DNA of 63,746 nucleotides, the filler included, from Rhabdomonas costata (taxonomy: Eukaryota): assembly GCA_019059605.1 (NCBI GenBank). It is 41 parts of 41 records of this genome, joined end to end, with 100 filler letters (N's around TTAATTAATTAA, not from the genome) between each part and the next. Parts side by side here need not be neighbours in the genome. Positions count along the whole stretch, not along the records: positions 1 to 1,459 come from JAHMHO010015416.1; positions 1,560 to 3,018 come from JAHMHO010015417.1; positions 3,119 to 4,577 come from JAHMHO010015418.1; positions 4,678 to 6,136 come from JAHMHO010015419.1; positions 6,237 to 7,695 come from JAHMHO010015420.1; positions 7,796 to 9,254 come from JAHMHO010015421.1; positions 9,355 to 10,811 come from JAHMHO010015422.1; positions 10,912 to 12,370 come from JAHMHO010015423.1; 33 more parts are not named here. One strand, written 5' to 3'. The notes beneath the pieces were generated by a model. It was not told where the DNA came from and ran no database searches. It saw only the letters and a list, made by a program, of their open reading frames with translations. Shown here piece by piece: positions 1-12,086 of the stretch. How positions within the stretch are numbered: the stretch's first letter is position 1; each line of letters starts with the position of its first letter. A program made the translations under genes and the position numbers.

Positions 1-408
1 ACAGGGAAAGGGTGCGAAGTCAAAGCAGACTGAAGAGAGTGATGCAGGGAGCTATCGTTGTGCAGAGCGAGACTTGGCACCCAGGCGCACTGCGGCTGTG
101 TAGTTGAGCCTTCCTGCCTGCCTTCCTGCTGAGATTTGGCCAAGGGTTGGCCTGCCCTTATGTTTTCTTCAAAAAGGTGGAAGGTTGCAGGAGCCTCGTG
201 CTGCACCACTGAAGATATATTGTCACCCCGATGCTCCAGAGTATGCGCCTTTGTCTCCCGCATTCGAACACCGTCATTGACAGAAAGAACTTTATCACCA
301 TATTTTGGTGATCGTTTGCCTCATGCCTGCATCCCGATGCAGCCGCGGTCGTCTCCAGAAAATAAGCTGACGCAAGCACTCTCCCTTCTCTCCTTCTCTC
401 TCTCCCAG

Positions 409-1271
409 AGCAGGCTGCGGGGATTCGAAGGCTGCGCCATTTGGACGAGTTGGACAGCGAGCTGGCCCCAGAGCTGGACCTGCGGGCAGAGGCAGAGGAC
501 GCCATCACTGCAGAGCTGGCCCACCTTCAGCGGGTGCTTTGCCCTTTCGCTATGGAATTGTGGGGATCGCGTGACCCATTAGAGAGCAGGGATAAGATTC
601 GTGGGTCCCCAGCCATTGATTCGGGTTCGAATGTAATCGTAACAAGCAAATGTAAAAATTTGTAAATGAAACTGCAAACAATTGTTGTTGATGGTGAGGG
701 TGGAGGACATTACCAAAACCCTGTAAGAAACTGATATACAATTTATTCTCCGGCTTTCCAGAGGTCTGAAGGAAAGTTTCGGTTGCAGAATGCTTTGAAC
801 CGGGCTTCTTCTTAAAATGCAGGTATGTGGGCAGGGAACAATTAGTGGAGTCTCCTTTCATATGCCATACTTCCGGAGGACCCCGCCCCCCCGAGAATGA
901 CCCACACTGACAAAGGACAATCCCAAACGCACAAACTTTGAGGTCACCACCAAAGCCGAAGCAAGCACAGCTTCTGACGCGAAAGCCTTACCGACAAAGG
1001 CAAAGACGATGGTTTGGTTTCTCATGTATAGACAACCCATTGCAAGCACACGCATACGCGCACGCGCAAACGCCGCACACGCTGAACACTCCGCCGGGGG
1101 TATTGCTCAGGAGGAAGCCGAGCAGCGGCAGGGGCTCTGGAGCGAGGCTCTGCTGCGCTTGTCGGAGGTCTTCGCAGCGGTTGCCCGGGCCAACGCTGCG
1201 TGGGGGGCCTGCCTGCGGTCACAGCTCGACGCCGCCTCCGATGACACCCGCCGCAGGGAAGCCGCGGACAG
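409..1271 (+). CDS. Partial spliced gene, helical/coiled-coil hypothetical protein
   Basis: GC-rich exon-like blocks after a pyrimidine tract and CAG: ..AAGIRRLRHLDELDSELAPELDLRAEAEDAITAELAHLQR (~409-533) and ..IAQEEAEQRQGLWSEALLRLSEVFAAVARAN.. (~1087-1271). Exact boundaries are uncertain. Confidence 0.4.
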
Positions 1272-1459
1272 GTCCTCACCACCACAACCTTTAGCTTACA
1301 CACACACACACTCTTTGCTCTGTTTCCGAGGAAAGATGAGAGCGTTGGTCGTTCTCAATGGCGCACAACCTCCCCCCGCCCGCCTGATCGCGTGCTCAGG
1401 AAAACACCCTCACGTTCACTTAAAGACATAGGCAGTGACATTCTCTGGGAAGGCATCTT

Positions 1460-1559
1460 NNNNNNNNNNNNNNNNNNNNNNNNNNNNNNNNNNNNNNNNN
1501 NNNTTAATTAATTAANNNNNNNNNNNNNNNNNNNNNNNNNNNNNNNNNNNNNNNNNNNN
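1460..1559. other. Artificial contig-joining linker (first of 40 linkers of the same design)
   Basis: N-run + TTAATTAATTAA (stop codons in all six frames) + N-run, recurring about every 1.56 kb from 1504 to 62234. It splits the window into 41 similar-length contigs. Confidence 0.99.
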
Positions 1560-2120
1560 TGTTGGCGAGGGATGTAAGGGCGTCCAGCAAGTCGTCCTCA
1601 ATTGACATCTTCTTGTCCTCCATGATGGCCCGGAGGTGCTCTGTGCGGAGCCCGGAAGGGCCGGGGGCCAGACCCTTGGGAGTGGCGAGCAGCACCTTCC
1701 GCAGCGTCTTGGCGTCGATGTCCACGTCGGGGGCCGCTGAGAAGGAAGGAGGCTCGGGTCCACTCGCTGGGGCAGGCGGGAACAGTTTATCCCAGCGTGG
1801 TTCTCAACAGTGCGCTCTGCAATTCCACGAGAACTCAGCTGTGCGGTTGCCTGTGAGTGACGGCCCATGTCGGCAAGCCCTGCAATTCGTTTAGCGTCTC
1901 TTGGTGTAAGTCCGTCCGACTGTTTATCGGGACGTTGGCGCTTGGGTTTTGATTGATGTTGTTCCCGCTTAACGGATGCCCAGAGCTCCATAAATCGGCC
2001 AGCGTTCCAGTCTCGGATGCGGGCCCGCAGGGTTCGGCTGGCTGCCTCTTGTCTTGCCCGGCCGCCTCTTCTCGGAGCCGCGAGTAGTGCTTTCGCACAC
2101 ACCAAGTACCTAAGCAGAAA
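1560..2120 (-). mobile_element. Non-LTR retrotransposon fragment (CRE/SLACS-like), region just N-terminal of the RT core, frameshifted
   Basis: LRARIRDWNAGRFMELW..GRHSQATAQLSSRGIA, then after a frameshift near 1790 KLFP..LLATPKGLAPGPSGLRTEHLRAI..LLDALTSLAN. The APGPSGLRxEHL motif is typical of the RT domain-0 region of CRE-type elements. Confidence 0.8.
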
Positions 2121-3118
2121 TTCCAACCCGAACCCACACCGTCAATCCCACTCATCGCGTCACCACTCAACACATCAGCATGCAACGCCAGCATTATCGG
2201 ACACCACATCGCAAGGCAACACAGCACAACCCAAGGAAGGCCAGAGGAACTCGGAAGGCAGACGGGCTAGGCCCACGCTCAAAGTGGGAACATCGCGCAC
2301 ACTAGACACTAAAGCAGCGCTCATGTCCTCTTCCCAGCCACAGCAACGCAACGGAGGGACCGAAACCAAGAACCGTAACCCCATGAGCACCATGGAGACC
2401 GCACAAACCCGCGCAAGCACCACCGAAGCAACCGACACATAAGAAGGAACAATTGTGGCGAGTGAGACCAAGTGAAACAGTGAAAGCATGAAACCGAAGG
2501 CCGAAATGCGCAGGCAGAATGTCAGAAGGCCAAGAGCAACACCGAACCCAACCCCAACCCACACACAGAATCCACACCCCAGCCAACGAATCCGAATGAC
2601 AGCACCTTAGCACACAACGAAGCCCAGTTTATTACCTCTGCGGAAAGACCAAACCCCAGACCGAAGCACACGAAGCACACCAGGGACACCACAGAAACCC
2701 ACTCGAACACCACCTAAGCACAAACCGAAGCAGGGCCTTGGGCGAAGGGGCCCCTTGTATGCTGACGTAAGGGTTTGGCCTATGAGACCGATGGGTAGGG
2801 TAGAGTGCATACCTGTAATAGAAGCATGCCTTGTAAGATCGCTAATGTGTGAAGGGGTTATTGAGACAAAGATGCCAATACAGGGGCCAGATACAGAATG
2901 TGAGGCTTGCGTTAGATGGAGGGTAGAGTACAAACAAAATAGGCAAAAAAAAATAGGCAAAATGTGCTCCCAAAAGAGCATTTGTATCTTTGATTTCGTC
3001 ACCCTATTCCCCAACACCNNNNNNNNNNNNNNNNNNNNNNNNNNNNNNNNNNNNNNNNNNNNTTAATTAATTAANNNNNNNNNNNNNNNNNNNNNNNNNN
3101 NNNNNNNNNNNNNNNNNN

Positions 3119-3224
3119 TTGAACAATCAAGGTTTTGGCCCCCCTTCCCCCCTTATCAATGTTGGGTAAGACCGTTTTGCTAACCAACATTGATAAATGA
3201 GGGGGGGAGGGGGGGGTTGTTCAA
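3119..3224. repeat. Imperfect fold-back element (small MITE-like palindrome)
   Basis: TTGAACAA..C-tract..TTATCAATGTTGG / CCAACATTGATAA..G-tract..TTGTTCAA. The arms are diverged, unlike the perfect end fold-backs. Confidence 0.55.
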
Positions 3225-3269
3225 TTCCATTATGGAAAACGTTGTTTGGTCCGTTGGTGGGTCATGTAG

Positions 3270-3440
3270 TGTGTCTGCGGTGCACGAAGCACGACAGGTG
3301 GTAATACGAGAGGCAAAGAATGGCAGAGAAGCTTCTGCTTAATGCAACAAGAAAAGAGTGAACAGTGACAGGCTGAGTTGGTGCGTGTATATATTTGCAA
3401 GTGATGTGTTTGCATTGTGTGAAAGAGGGTGGTGATGATG
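3270..3440 (-). repeat. Dispersed repeat, copy 1 (homologous to 59678-59825)
   Basis: The reverse complement shares CAATGCAA..ACTTGCAAAT.TATACACGCAC..CCTGTCACTG..AGAAGCTTCTCTGCCATT.TTTGCCTCTCGTATTACCACCTGTCG with contig 39. Confidence 0.85.
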
Positions 3441-4677
3441 ATTTGGGGGGGGAAGACCTGGTGGGGGTGGGGCCAGAGTTGCCTTCAGCCTGACGCCTTA
3501 GCGAGACCAGCCTGGGAGATTATGATATGGATTCGAGCCGACTTCGGTTCCTGACAGTATCCGCACTAGTGTTTACCCCTTACACCCAACTCAGTGTGTC
3601 TATATGTTTTGTGCGGATAATAGGTTCACCTGGTAACCCCGAATCAGGAGAGTCGGGAAGGTGGGTGGCCGGTCATTCCACCACTGGCTGAGCTCGGAAA
3701 AGAGCTCATAAAAAACTGTTGGTCAGCCGGAGGCTCGCACGAAGTCGCTCGGAAGACTTGCCAGTGTCGCACAAAGACCAGTTTTCTGTGCCCGCGTGCA
3801 CTCAAAGCAAGACTTGGTAACTGGAGGATCTCACTGGAGGACCTCGTCCACCTTGGCCTGTTGTCCTGACACCTTATTTTTCCACTACTTGCACTCACAG
3901 CAACCCACACCGCTCAAACTTGAAACCCAGGGGACTTGGTAAGATGCTGGAGGACAGGCATTGTCCAGATAACATCGTCGGCTGTGTTGCCGCGCGGGAA
4001 AAGTTGCGCTGCGCATCTATCGGCAAGGCCGTCGGTTACCACCAGTGTACCAGTAATACCTCAGTTTGAATGTACCCAAACTTTCTGCCACTACTGCGGC
4101 CAGTGTTCTGTAATTGGACTGCACATCGAGCCCCACAACCACCACCACCGGAGTACAGGAGCATACCGAACCGGCGGGAGCGCCTAGAATCACCGACAAC
4201 CTGAACCTTCCAACCTTCAGCAAACTCGCTCATCTCGCTCATCCAATAGAGCTTCTTCCAACATCACTCCAGCTCAGATAACATTTTTTCTGCGCTCATA
4301 TCTGCAGCACCCCCCCAAGAATGCTATGTCCAAAACGAAAAAGAGGCCCCTCCCTCCCCGCGGAGAGCGTCTCTGCGTTTGTCTCATTTTCACCGTCCCT
4401 GCTTATTTTTCTCAGGTGGGGCCAGTCGGGATACATTTACGTTCAGTACGGCTCGAACTGCAACGGAATCGCGAACAATGCCGGCACTGCTGTGGTTGTG
4501 TAAAATGAAAAGCCAGCAGTGGCTTACCTCACACCCTTCCCCTCACCACTACCTCCCGTCTTGATTGCTGGTCTGTTNNNNNNNNNNNNNNNNNNNNNNN
4601 NNNNNNNNNNNNNNNNNNNNNTTAATTAATTAANNNNNNNNNNNNNNNNNNNNNNNNNNNNNNNNNNNNNNNNNNNN

Positions 4678-5388
4678 TTTTTTGGGGAAATTGCAATAGA
4701 CAACGCCTCAAACTTCCTCAAAGAGACGATCTACGCCATCGAGCAGCGCATTCAGCATGCTCCTCGAAAGGAGAAACTTCCTGCTTGGCATGTTGCGTTT
4801 GCACTTTGAACCATCCTTATTCAAAGCAGTTCATGACGAAGTGTCAGTTTTGTTTGCATTTGTTGGATGACTTGACCGCATTTCAGGTATCTGATCGACA
4901 GCATTGTGAAAAGTGGCTCAGCAACGTCCTACAAAGCTGCTTTTGCAAGCAGGCTTCCTCGCCTCATTGTTCAGCACATGGACTTGGACGACCCGCTTCT
5001 CAGTGAGGCGTTCACGGAGCTTCTTTCCGTCTGGCATACAATTTTCCCGGCGGAAATGTTTCGGGTCCAACATACCTGCCATGAACAAAACACACCTACC
5101 CTCGTGCAATAAGATGGGATTAGATGGAATTTTGATTTACCAAAATGGAAGCTGAGTGGTACTGTACGCAACCAAGTGCATTGAAATTGCAGCGTTTGTA
5201 CGCCTGTACCCTTTTTTGGAACAAGACGTCATCCTCCAAATTTCTCTTTTTCAGATGTATTTGTATTGTGTATTTGTATTGTATTTACATGTCCACCGCT
5301 CAGGAAGTTGAACGTCTAATCGGGGAGGCCGTTGCCGCATCTTCGGGTTCTTCTGGAGGAAAGGGACCTACAATACCCCACCAACCAG
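4678..5388 (+). CDS. PCF11: CTD-interacting domain (CID) protein, Pcf11-like; 3 exons (..4787, 4887-5064, 5304-5388), partial
   Basis: Spliced translation EIAIDNASNFLKETIYAIEQRIQHAPRKEKLPAW/YLIDSIVKSG..YKAAFASRLPRL..FTELLSVWHTIFP matches the CID signature KLPxxYLxDSIVK and the terminal W..IFP. Confidence 0.8.
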
Positions 5389-7049
5389 GTTCTTCCCTTG
5401 TTTCTTCTCGGTTTTGTTTTCAGCAACAAAACACCGGCTTCATTGGTTTTTCGTTTTTTTTTCGTCAGGGGCTGCTGTCACTTCAGCTCCGATTATTCCG
5501 GTATTCTGTTTCTGTTTCGACACCCTGAACCCTGAGTGCGTTGAACACGAGTTGCATGTGTGCCTTTCTCTCACAGACCGGGCAACCAGCGGACGCTTTG
5601 TTGGATGAGAATCTAACGGTGTGGCTGTGGGTGGTAACACAGGCGCGTGTTCTTAAGCTGTTTTCTGCTGCAGCTGAGGGTGGTCATTTTTTCGGATGTT
5701 GCGTAACGTTGACATTGTGCTCTTTCCGTTCTTATTCTTGTGAGTGGCAGTGTTTGCCTTCCCGCAAAAGCTTCCTATTTGTTTGTGGACAGCAGCGAGT
5801 TCTGTCCGTGAATCATTGGCAATAGCGACAATAGTGCCCACAGTTTGGATGTTTTGAAGACAAATTTACAAACCGCTTATCGCTCGGGCTTCTTTCTTTC
5901 CTGCGCCACAGCTCACGTGCTGGTGTGAATGTGTGTGTTGTTCGGTACGGGTACTGAACAGTTAGAACCCTCCTAGCTGTTTCCCTCGTTTTTGCTCATT
6001 TTTATCCGTGCGGCCAAAAGTTACTGTGTAACGTAGGTGGTGCTTACGGAACTGGTGCGCTCATTGACAAACGCTGGCGCGACTCCTGCACCCCCTCCCC
6101 CGCTCCCCATTCGCGCTGCCTCTCTCCCGTCGCCCCNNNNNNNNNNNNNNNNNNNNNNNNNNNNNNNNNNNNNNNNNNNNTTAATTAATTAANNNNNNNN
6201 NNNNNNNNNNNNNNNNNNNNNNNNNNNNNNNNNNNNGTTTTTTTGTTGCAGACTCCGTGGCATCTTTCCACTTTCCCCATGACGAACTACAAACAAAAAG
6301 TGAGTATTCCACTGGCCATGGGCTCTTTATATCCTTTTCCACGTCGCTCGCCTCACTGGTTCGCATTTTAAGAGCAATTCAATACCGCTGAAACATGTGC
6401 GATATGATCTGACCTGTTTCAGCATCTTCTGCATTTCCATATTCCGCTCATTCAAAATTCATTCCGCTCAATCACAATGACAACTCTCCCGCCTTCTTTG
6501 CGGTGCGCAGTCTGAGCTGGTGTCGCTTCGGGTGATTCCAGCGCTTTTGGCCGTCATGGGTGCTCCCCGGGGTTGCCCCCACGACCTTTCCGTGAAACTG
6601 ACCGCGACCAAGGTGTGCGTCGCGCAACGTACAATGTGTGGTGCATTTTACCGTAGTCTCTAGACGCTTCTGAGCTGAAGAATGGCACCGCTGTCAGCGT
6701 CGTGGATATTTCTTCTGTTATCGACGTTGAGTGAGGCTTGGCCAAAGCCTCATTCCGTAGCTCCTCGATACATTGCAGTTCGTTTTTGCTTTGCCTTGGC
6801 AGGCCGTGAGGCTGTTGGTCGCCACCAGCCAAGCCACCGGCTACGCCCTCCTGCACGACGACTCATTTACCAAGTGTTTGACTGCATGTTTGAATACACA
6901 AACAGCGTCCGTGTTGAACTTTGTGAATATGATTTTTTTAGCTACCTTTACCCAACACCGAAACACCGAGGGGATTGGGTGTTGTTAGTGCTGTGTGTGC
7001 CTCCCGATGTTTGCCTGGTAGGAAAGTGGGCCGGTGGGGGGCGCACAGC

Positions 7050-7601
7050 TTTCTTGGGCTTCTCACTCCCGTTGCTGAGGAAACCAAGGATCTCGTTCTG
7101 CAGGTCCGAATCATGGGCTCTTCTCCGTTCTCCTTCTTTTTCCTGCATGCACCACTATTGCTGGTCTTTCCAGTTCTGTAGATTTCATGTTTCAGTTCTT
7201 TTCTCGCCCATTTTCCCCAAAAAGAAAACTGACTTTTTGGGGAAAACGTCAGTTGCACGTCGGAGCTGTGAATTGGTGAACTGGAAATTTTCTGTAAAGC
7301 GCAACTCCGAAAAGTTCTCGTCTCCTTCGCAGTGGGCGGAGAGAAATCTGTCGTGCCCAGAAAAGCATTTCCACCCTGGGCCAACGAACTCCGTTTCCCC
7401 TTTGAACTAATGGAACCTCGGGACATACTGGGGTTATTATTTCACACCGCAGGTGCTGTGCGTGTTGTACAGCTGTCTACCTGGTGGGGACGCGGGGGGC
7501 AGCGTCGACCCCAACCCTCTGCTGACGCAAATCGCCTGCATTGCCACCATTACGACGGTTTGCACCGTCCTTGGTGCGGTCATCACCGCGGGCCCCCAAA
7601 G
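7050..7601 (+). CDS. Partial spliced gene, hypothetical protein with a hydrophobic segment
   Basis: AG/GT-bounded exons FLGLLTPVAEETKDLVLQ (~7050-7102) and VLCVLYSCLPGG..LLTQIACIATITTVCTVLGAVITAGPQ (7453-7601). Confidence 0.4.
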
Positions 7602-7992
7602 GTCCTATGAGAGCTGTTGGTGCTTTTATACATCCAAGTACTAACATAAAACTGTTCAATCGCTAGTCCCTGTCATATTTTTGCCTTTGCCCTCCNNNNN
7701 NNNNNNNNNNNNNNNNNNNNNNNNNNNNNNNNNNNNNNNTTAATTAATTAANNNNNNNNNNNNNNNNNNNNNNNNNNNNNNNNNNNNNNNNNNNNGTCCC
7801 TTCTTTTGTCTATGATTTCAAAATTTACGTTAGGTGTTGAAGAAATCCAAAACCTTGTCAGGTCGTTTGTTTTCCAGAGTGTTTTTCTCGTTATTTTAGC
7901 CTTTTGTTGTTACAGAGGTGCCATAAAAGAACCACAGCAGAGCCGCAAGCCAGAGCCTAGCGGAGACCAGGAGGGCCAAGCAAGTGTACTGA

Positions 7993-9254
7993 TGGCTGAC
8001 TAACAGGTTCCAGACGTTGTTGAAGGTTATCATTCCAGATCTTATGGTTTACTATTCCTCCAAAGTGCCAGCTTATTACAGAGTATCGCGCTTCGTGGGA
8101 TACCCTACAGAGAATGGACCTATCAGATCCGTTTACAGGTGTCGCAAGGAGGATAAGTTGTCCGTGATCTACCCGTTGGTGCCCAGGATTAGAACCAAAT
8201 GTTATTCGCCCAGTCTAGACTCGTATGGGTTTTTTACAGACGCTATACTTGTGGTTCCACCAGAGTAGAAGGCCAGGTTGCGCGGGTTGCCGGGCATGTG
8301 TCCAGAGGTGTGTAACTTAGAAGAATCTCGCGAGCCTATTAATTCTCCACGATGCCAATGGTGGGTGATGTTCTTGCTGATGTTGGACATAGTTACAGAC
8401 CAGATTTTGGAGTTGTTGCAGAGTCCAGAGAGGCTTGCAGATGAGATGACGGTGTTTGCTTTTCAGATACTGCGATAGCGGGGGTGTTACGACCAGTTGT
8501 TGCTCAACCAAAACCGCCGGAGGTTGGTGCAGTGGATGAGAGAGTATGCTTTTAAGTCTTGGGTGGTTAAAGTGCTTGTTCCGAAGGAGGCGATGCTGAA
8601 GTCTCATAAGAAGATGAGTTTCTTGTACGTCGAGACCGCTTCAGAGTTTTCGTCTGACGTGGACACCAAAGTTCCGTGCAGAGGGAGTGGAGTACGGAGA
8701 TGATTATGCGGAGCGGAGTAAATGGAAGGACTTCAGAGTTTTGACCTTTGAAAGCAGACATATTTCAAATGAACAGTGAATGTTAAGCGCTTTAGACCAG
8801 TCTTACTTTTTCAGAGGGATAGAAAAAGAGCAGGCGCTACCGTCCACATGTCATCCAGAAGAGGTTATGCAGATAGATGATAAGGAAGACGACTCAGATC
8901 ATGATATGGGCGGACCCAGAGGGGCTCCAGTTGCAGATAGCAGTGCCGGTGGAGGTACACAACAGAGTGTGGGAGTTGCATCCATACCAACCAAAGGGAC
9001 AAGTGAGAGCGGAGATAAGAGTTCCACAGACAATTGTTGCACAGTAATGAGCTTGAGTGTGAAGTGTGCAGAGTTCATTCGAGATCCATTGGCAGCTCTC
9101 AGAGATCACGTTGATGATGATGAGTATGCAGTTGATGCAGAGACGAGGAAAGGGCGGACGTTGAAAATGAAGCGAGGGCCTATATCGGCCTCGGGTCCAC
9201 CCCCAGCGGTCAAGAGAGCAATTAAAGAGCCAGTGAAGCCTCAGCTAAATTTAC
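7993..9254 (+). pseudogene. Decayed long intronless ORF, probably element-derived
   Basis: ORF pieces 8017-8268, 8278-8478 and 8497-8703 lie in one frame separated only by single stops (TAG, TAG, then TGA). The reading continues in another frame at 8780-9254. No family motif was recognised. Confidence 0.45.
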
Positions 9255-9809
9255 NNNNNNNNNNNNNNNNNNNNNNNNNNNNNNNNNNNNNNNNNNNNTT
9301 AATTAATTAANNNNNNNNNNNNNNNNNNNNNNNNNNNNNNNNNNNNNNNNNNNNTTTTTTGGGGTTCCTTCATGATGCGCAGGTGATGCATCGAAGCATT
9401 GAAGCGGGGGTTAGGTGACGATTTGGTTTTGCTCTGCAGTTCCTTCAGTAAGGTCATGCCTTCAGCAGGAAGACTTTCTTCAGTTCGAACTGGACGAAAA
9501 GTAGAACGGCGTTGGGGTACCACTGTTGGGTGGCTGCTTGTGGTCCAAGTAATTCCGGCCATCGTGATTTGGCTGCTGATTTCCCCATGGGTTCGCTGAC
9601 ACCATTTGGACTCCAGGGGTTTAGGAATGGTGAAAGAATCTCACCATGGAACCGTGTCGTGTCTTGTGCGTGCATTGGAAGCTCTTGAGTTCAGGTAACT
9701 TTGTGAGGCTGTGTACCCATTAGCGGGGGACATAGCTGAAGTTTTTCTTCAATGCCACCAGCCCACTTTCTTTACCCCTTTATTTTTGCCCACTATCTTT
9801 TTGGTACAG

Positions 9810-10260
9810 GAAAAGGAACTAGAAAAGAAGCGCGAGCTGGAGAACGAGAAGAAGCGCCGTGAGCACGGCAAGCTGGCCGCCCAGGCCGCGGAGGAGCACC
9901 GCAAGTACGTGTCTTCACAGAGAGAGCCAGCCACCATTTGTATTCCCGGAAGGGGCCTATCCTGTACGTCAGCAATACTCATGAAGTCCTAGAGACAGAC
10001 GCTCGCACCTCGTCCTCTCCAAGTAATTGTGTGAAGTAAGAGTGTGTACTAACATTCATCATTAGAAACAATCGCCGCTGTCGCATAAAACATCAGGATA
10101 AAGAAATATCGTGCTGTTGTCGGTGGGGAAGGATCAGTTAACGTGAAGGAAGCTAAGCTAGATTGCGGCTGTTTGCAAAATTGTAAACGAAACCGTTGCG
10201 CACCGAAGACTTGCAAATCCAGCGAGTACGTCGCGCATTGAGGAGAAGCGACGTTCAGCG
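9810..10260 (+). CDS. Partial spliced coiled-coil protein (exons 9810-9904, 10209-10260)
   Basis: EKELEKKRELENEKKRREHGKLAAQAAEEHRK/LANPASTSRIEEKRRSA, joined in phase by a GT-AG intron. Confidence 0.55.
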
Positions 10261-11149
10261 GTTTTTGTTTGGGTGTATGTGCTGCCACAGCCGCACTTTC
10301 CGACTTGTGTGCATATGGAGGGGGCGCAGCCAGGAAATCAGAGTCTTGAGGAGTTTCGGCTATAGGGGCCCTGGAATACAATGTTCCTTGCTGGCAGATT
10401 GGCCTGGCCTGTGGGTGGGGCCCTTTGGCCGGATAGGGTGCCTTTCCCCCGGTAGTTCCCGTCTAGCCCTCGAATTCAGGCCAAGCAATGAGATTGTGAC
10501 ACACACAGCGACCCGGGGGTCCCGCACAACCCCTGTGCCTCAGCCAATCTTTCGGGAACCAGTGTATTGAAGACCGACAGACAGGCCAACCGCATCCCCC
10601 AAGAAAATCCTGAGTTCCTAGGGGTCCGGGGCAACTACCCACCAGCACACCAAGTCCACCACAAACGTACGCGGCACTGCACCGAAGACTGATGACAGCT
10701 CAATCGTATTGCTATATTTTTCTTCCGAAAATCCTCACCGGGTTCCTGGACAACTATCCACCAGTATCCTCGCTCCACCCCCACCCAAACACACCCCCCA
10801 CACCCAACACANNNNNNNNNNNNNNNNNNNNNNNNNNNNNNNNNNNNNNNNNNNNTTAATTAATTAANNNNNNNNNNNNNNNNNNNNNNNNNNNNNNNNN
10901 NNNNNNNNNNNTTTGGTCGCACTTTAATTCAGTTATGCAATACATACAGCTTTTTGGCCCTTGGAGATGGTCAATGGTGGTTGCCGTGATGTGTCTTAAG
11001 TATCTCTCAGAAGAGGCGCGCGACCTGCGAGATGAATTAGAGCCACGTGCAAATGTTCCCTAGTATTCCCATGTTTGGGACTGTCCAGCGCGCGCACAAA
11101 GGGACTTACTCGACTGGGTGAGTAAGTGAGTGAGTGAGCGTCGTGAGGA

Positions 11150-12086
11150 AAGCGGTGCCTGGATTCGGGTTGCGGCAGGGCCCTGCTCTTCGCACAGGGC
11201 GAGGCTGTGGCGGCGGAAGCAGCGCTGGATCTTCCGCGCCGCAGTGGAGGGGCTAAGAGCCCCGATCTCAGGCTGGACCTGAACACGCACAGCACGACGA
11301 ATACGAGGGAGACAGTTATAACACCGGCATAACAGTGAATCCCTGCGGCTGAAGTTACCTCTCCTAGCGAGTAGTACATAAAAAATAACCCAACCCCATT
11401 GGCGCTGGGGCATTAGGCCCCCCTACCCCCTACAAAGTGCATGTTGGGGACCCCCCACTGCGATGCATTTTACGGACCTAATATGGATGCCAAATAAACT
11501 AAGATCAGCAATACTCCCAGACCTTCAGAGAGAGGTAGGCGAATCTTTCGAGCAGCCTTCTGAGCACCTGTATAATTTTCGGTGTCCAGTAAGATAACTC
11601 TTAGTGTACGGTGAATCACACCACACGATCCTAACACCGTTGGGTTCCACAGCCCAGAACATCTGGGTCAACAGCTGTTACACCACCTCTTCACCGTTCA
11701 CCTGGATTCTACGGAAAAATGATTTCCCAGAACGGAAGATCGTCGACATTAGGAGATGTTTTGGGTACTGCAACGAAATATTATAAGAATTTTGAGTGGA
11801 CCCAACCCTGACAAAAAACCCCAAACAGAAATTCTCGTTGACAAACCCAGGCAACACATGTTCACGAGACGACCATGCGCAAAGGTTTCATTAGGGGCCT
11901 GCCTCGCCCCTGCCTCTGCGCCTCTTGTCGTGTCAGCCACCATCTGTTCTGTTGAGGCACACGCCCGCCGCCCACCAGATGAAGCATACCGGAGTCTCCT
12001 GAACGGCGGGAAACTCGCAGCTTTGCTCAACCGCAGCGCACTGCGAGGGCCGGCGTGCCCTGTATCTCCGCCATGCACGCTGGATC
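11150..12086 (-). CDS. IQ calmodulin-binding motif protein, partial, at least 2 exons
   Basis: Three IQ-like motifs: IQRAWRRYRAR (exon 12086-11990, TAG/GTATGC bounded), and AARKIQRCFRRH and AATRIQ (~11310-11150). Confidence 0.7.
11416..11478. mobile_element. Short MITE-like dispersed repeat (Tourist/Harbinger-like ends), intronic
   Basis: Flanked by TTA/TAA with ends GGCCC..GGACC. The reverse complement resembles 48530-48601 (GGTCCGTAAAA.GCA..GGTCCC..ATGCAC.T..TAGGGG). Confidence 0.5.
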
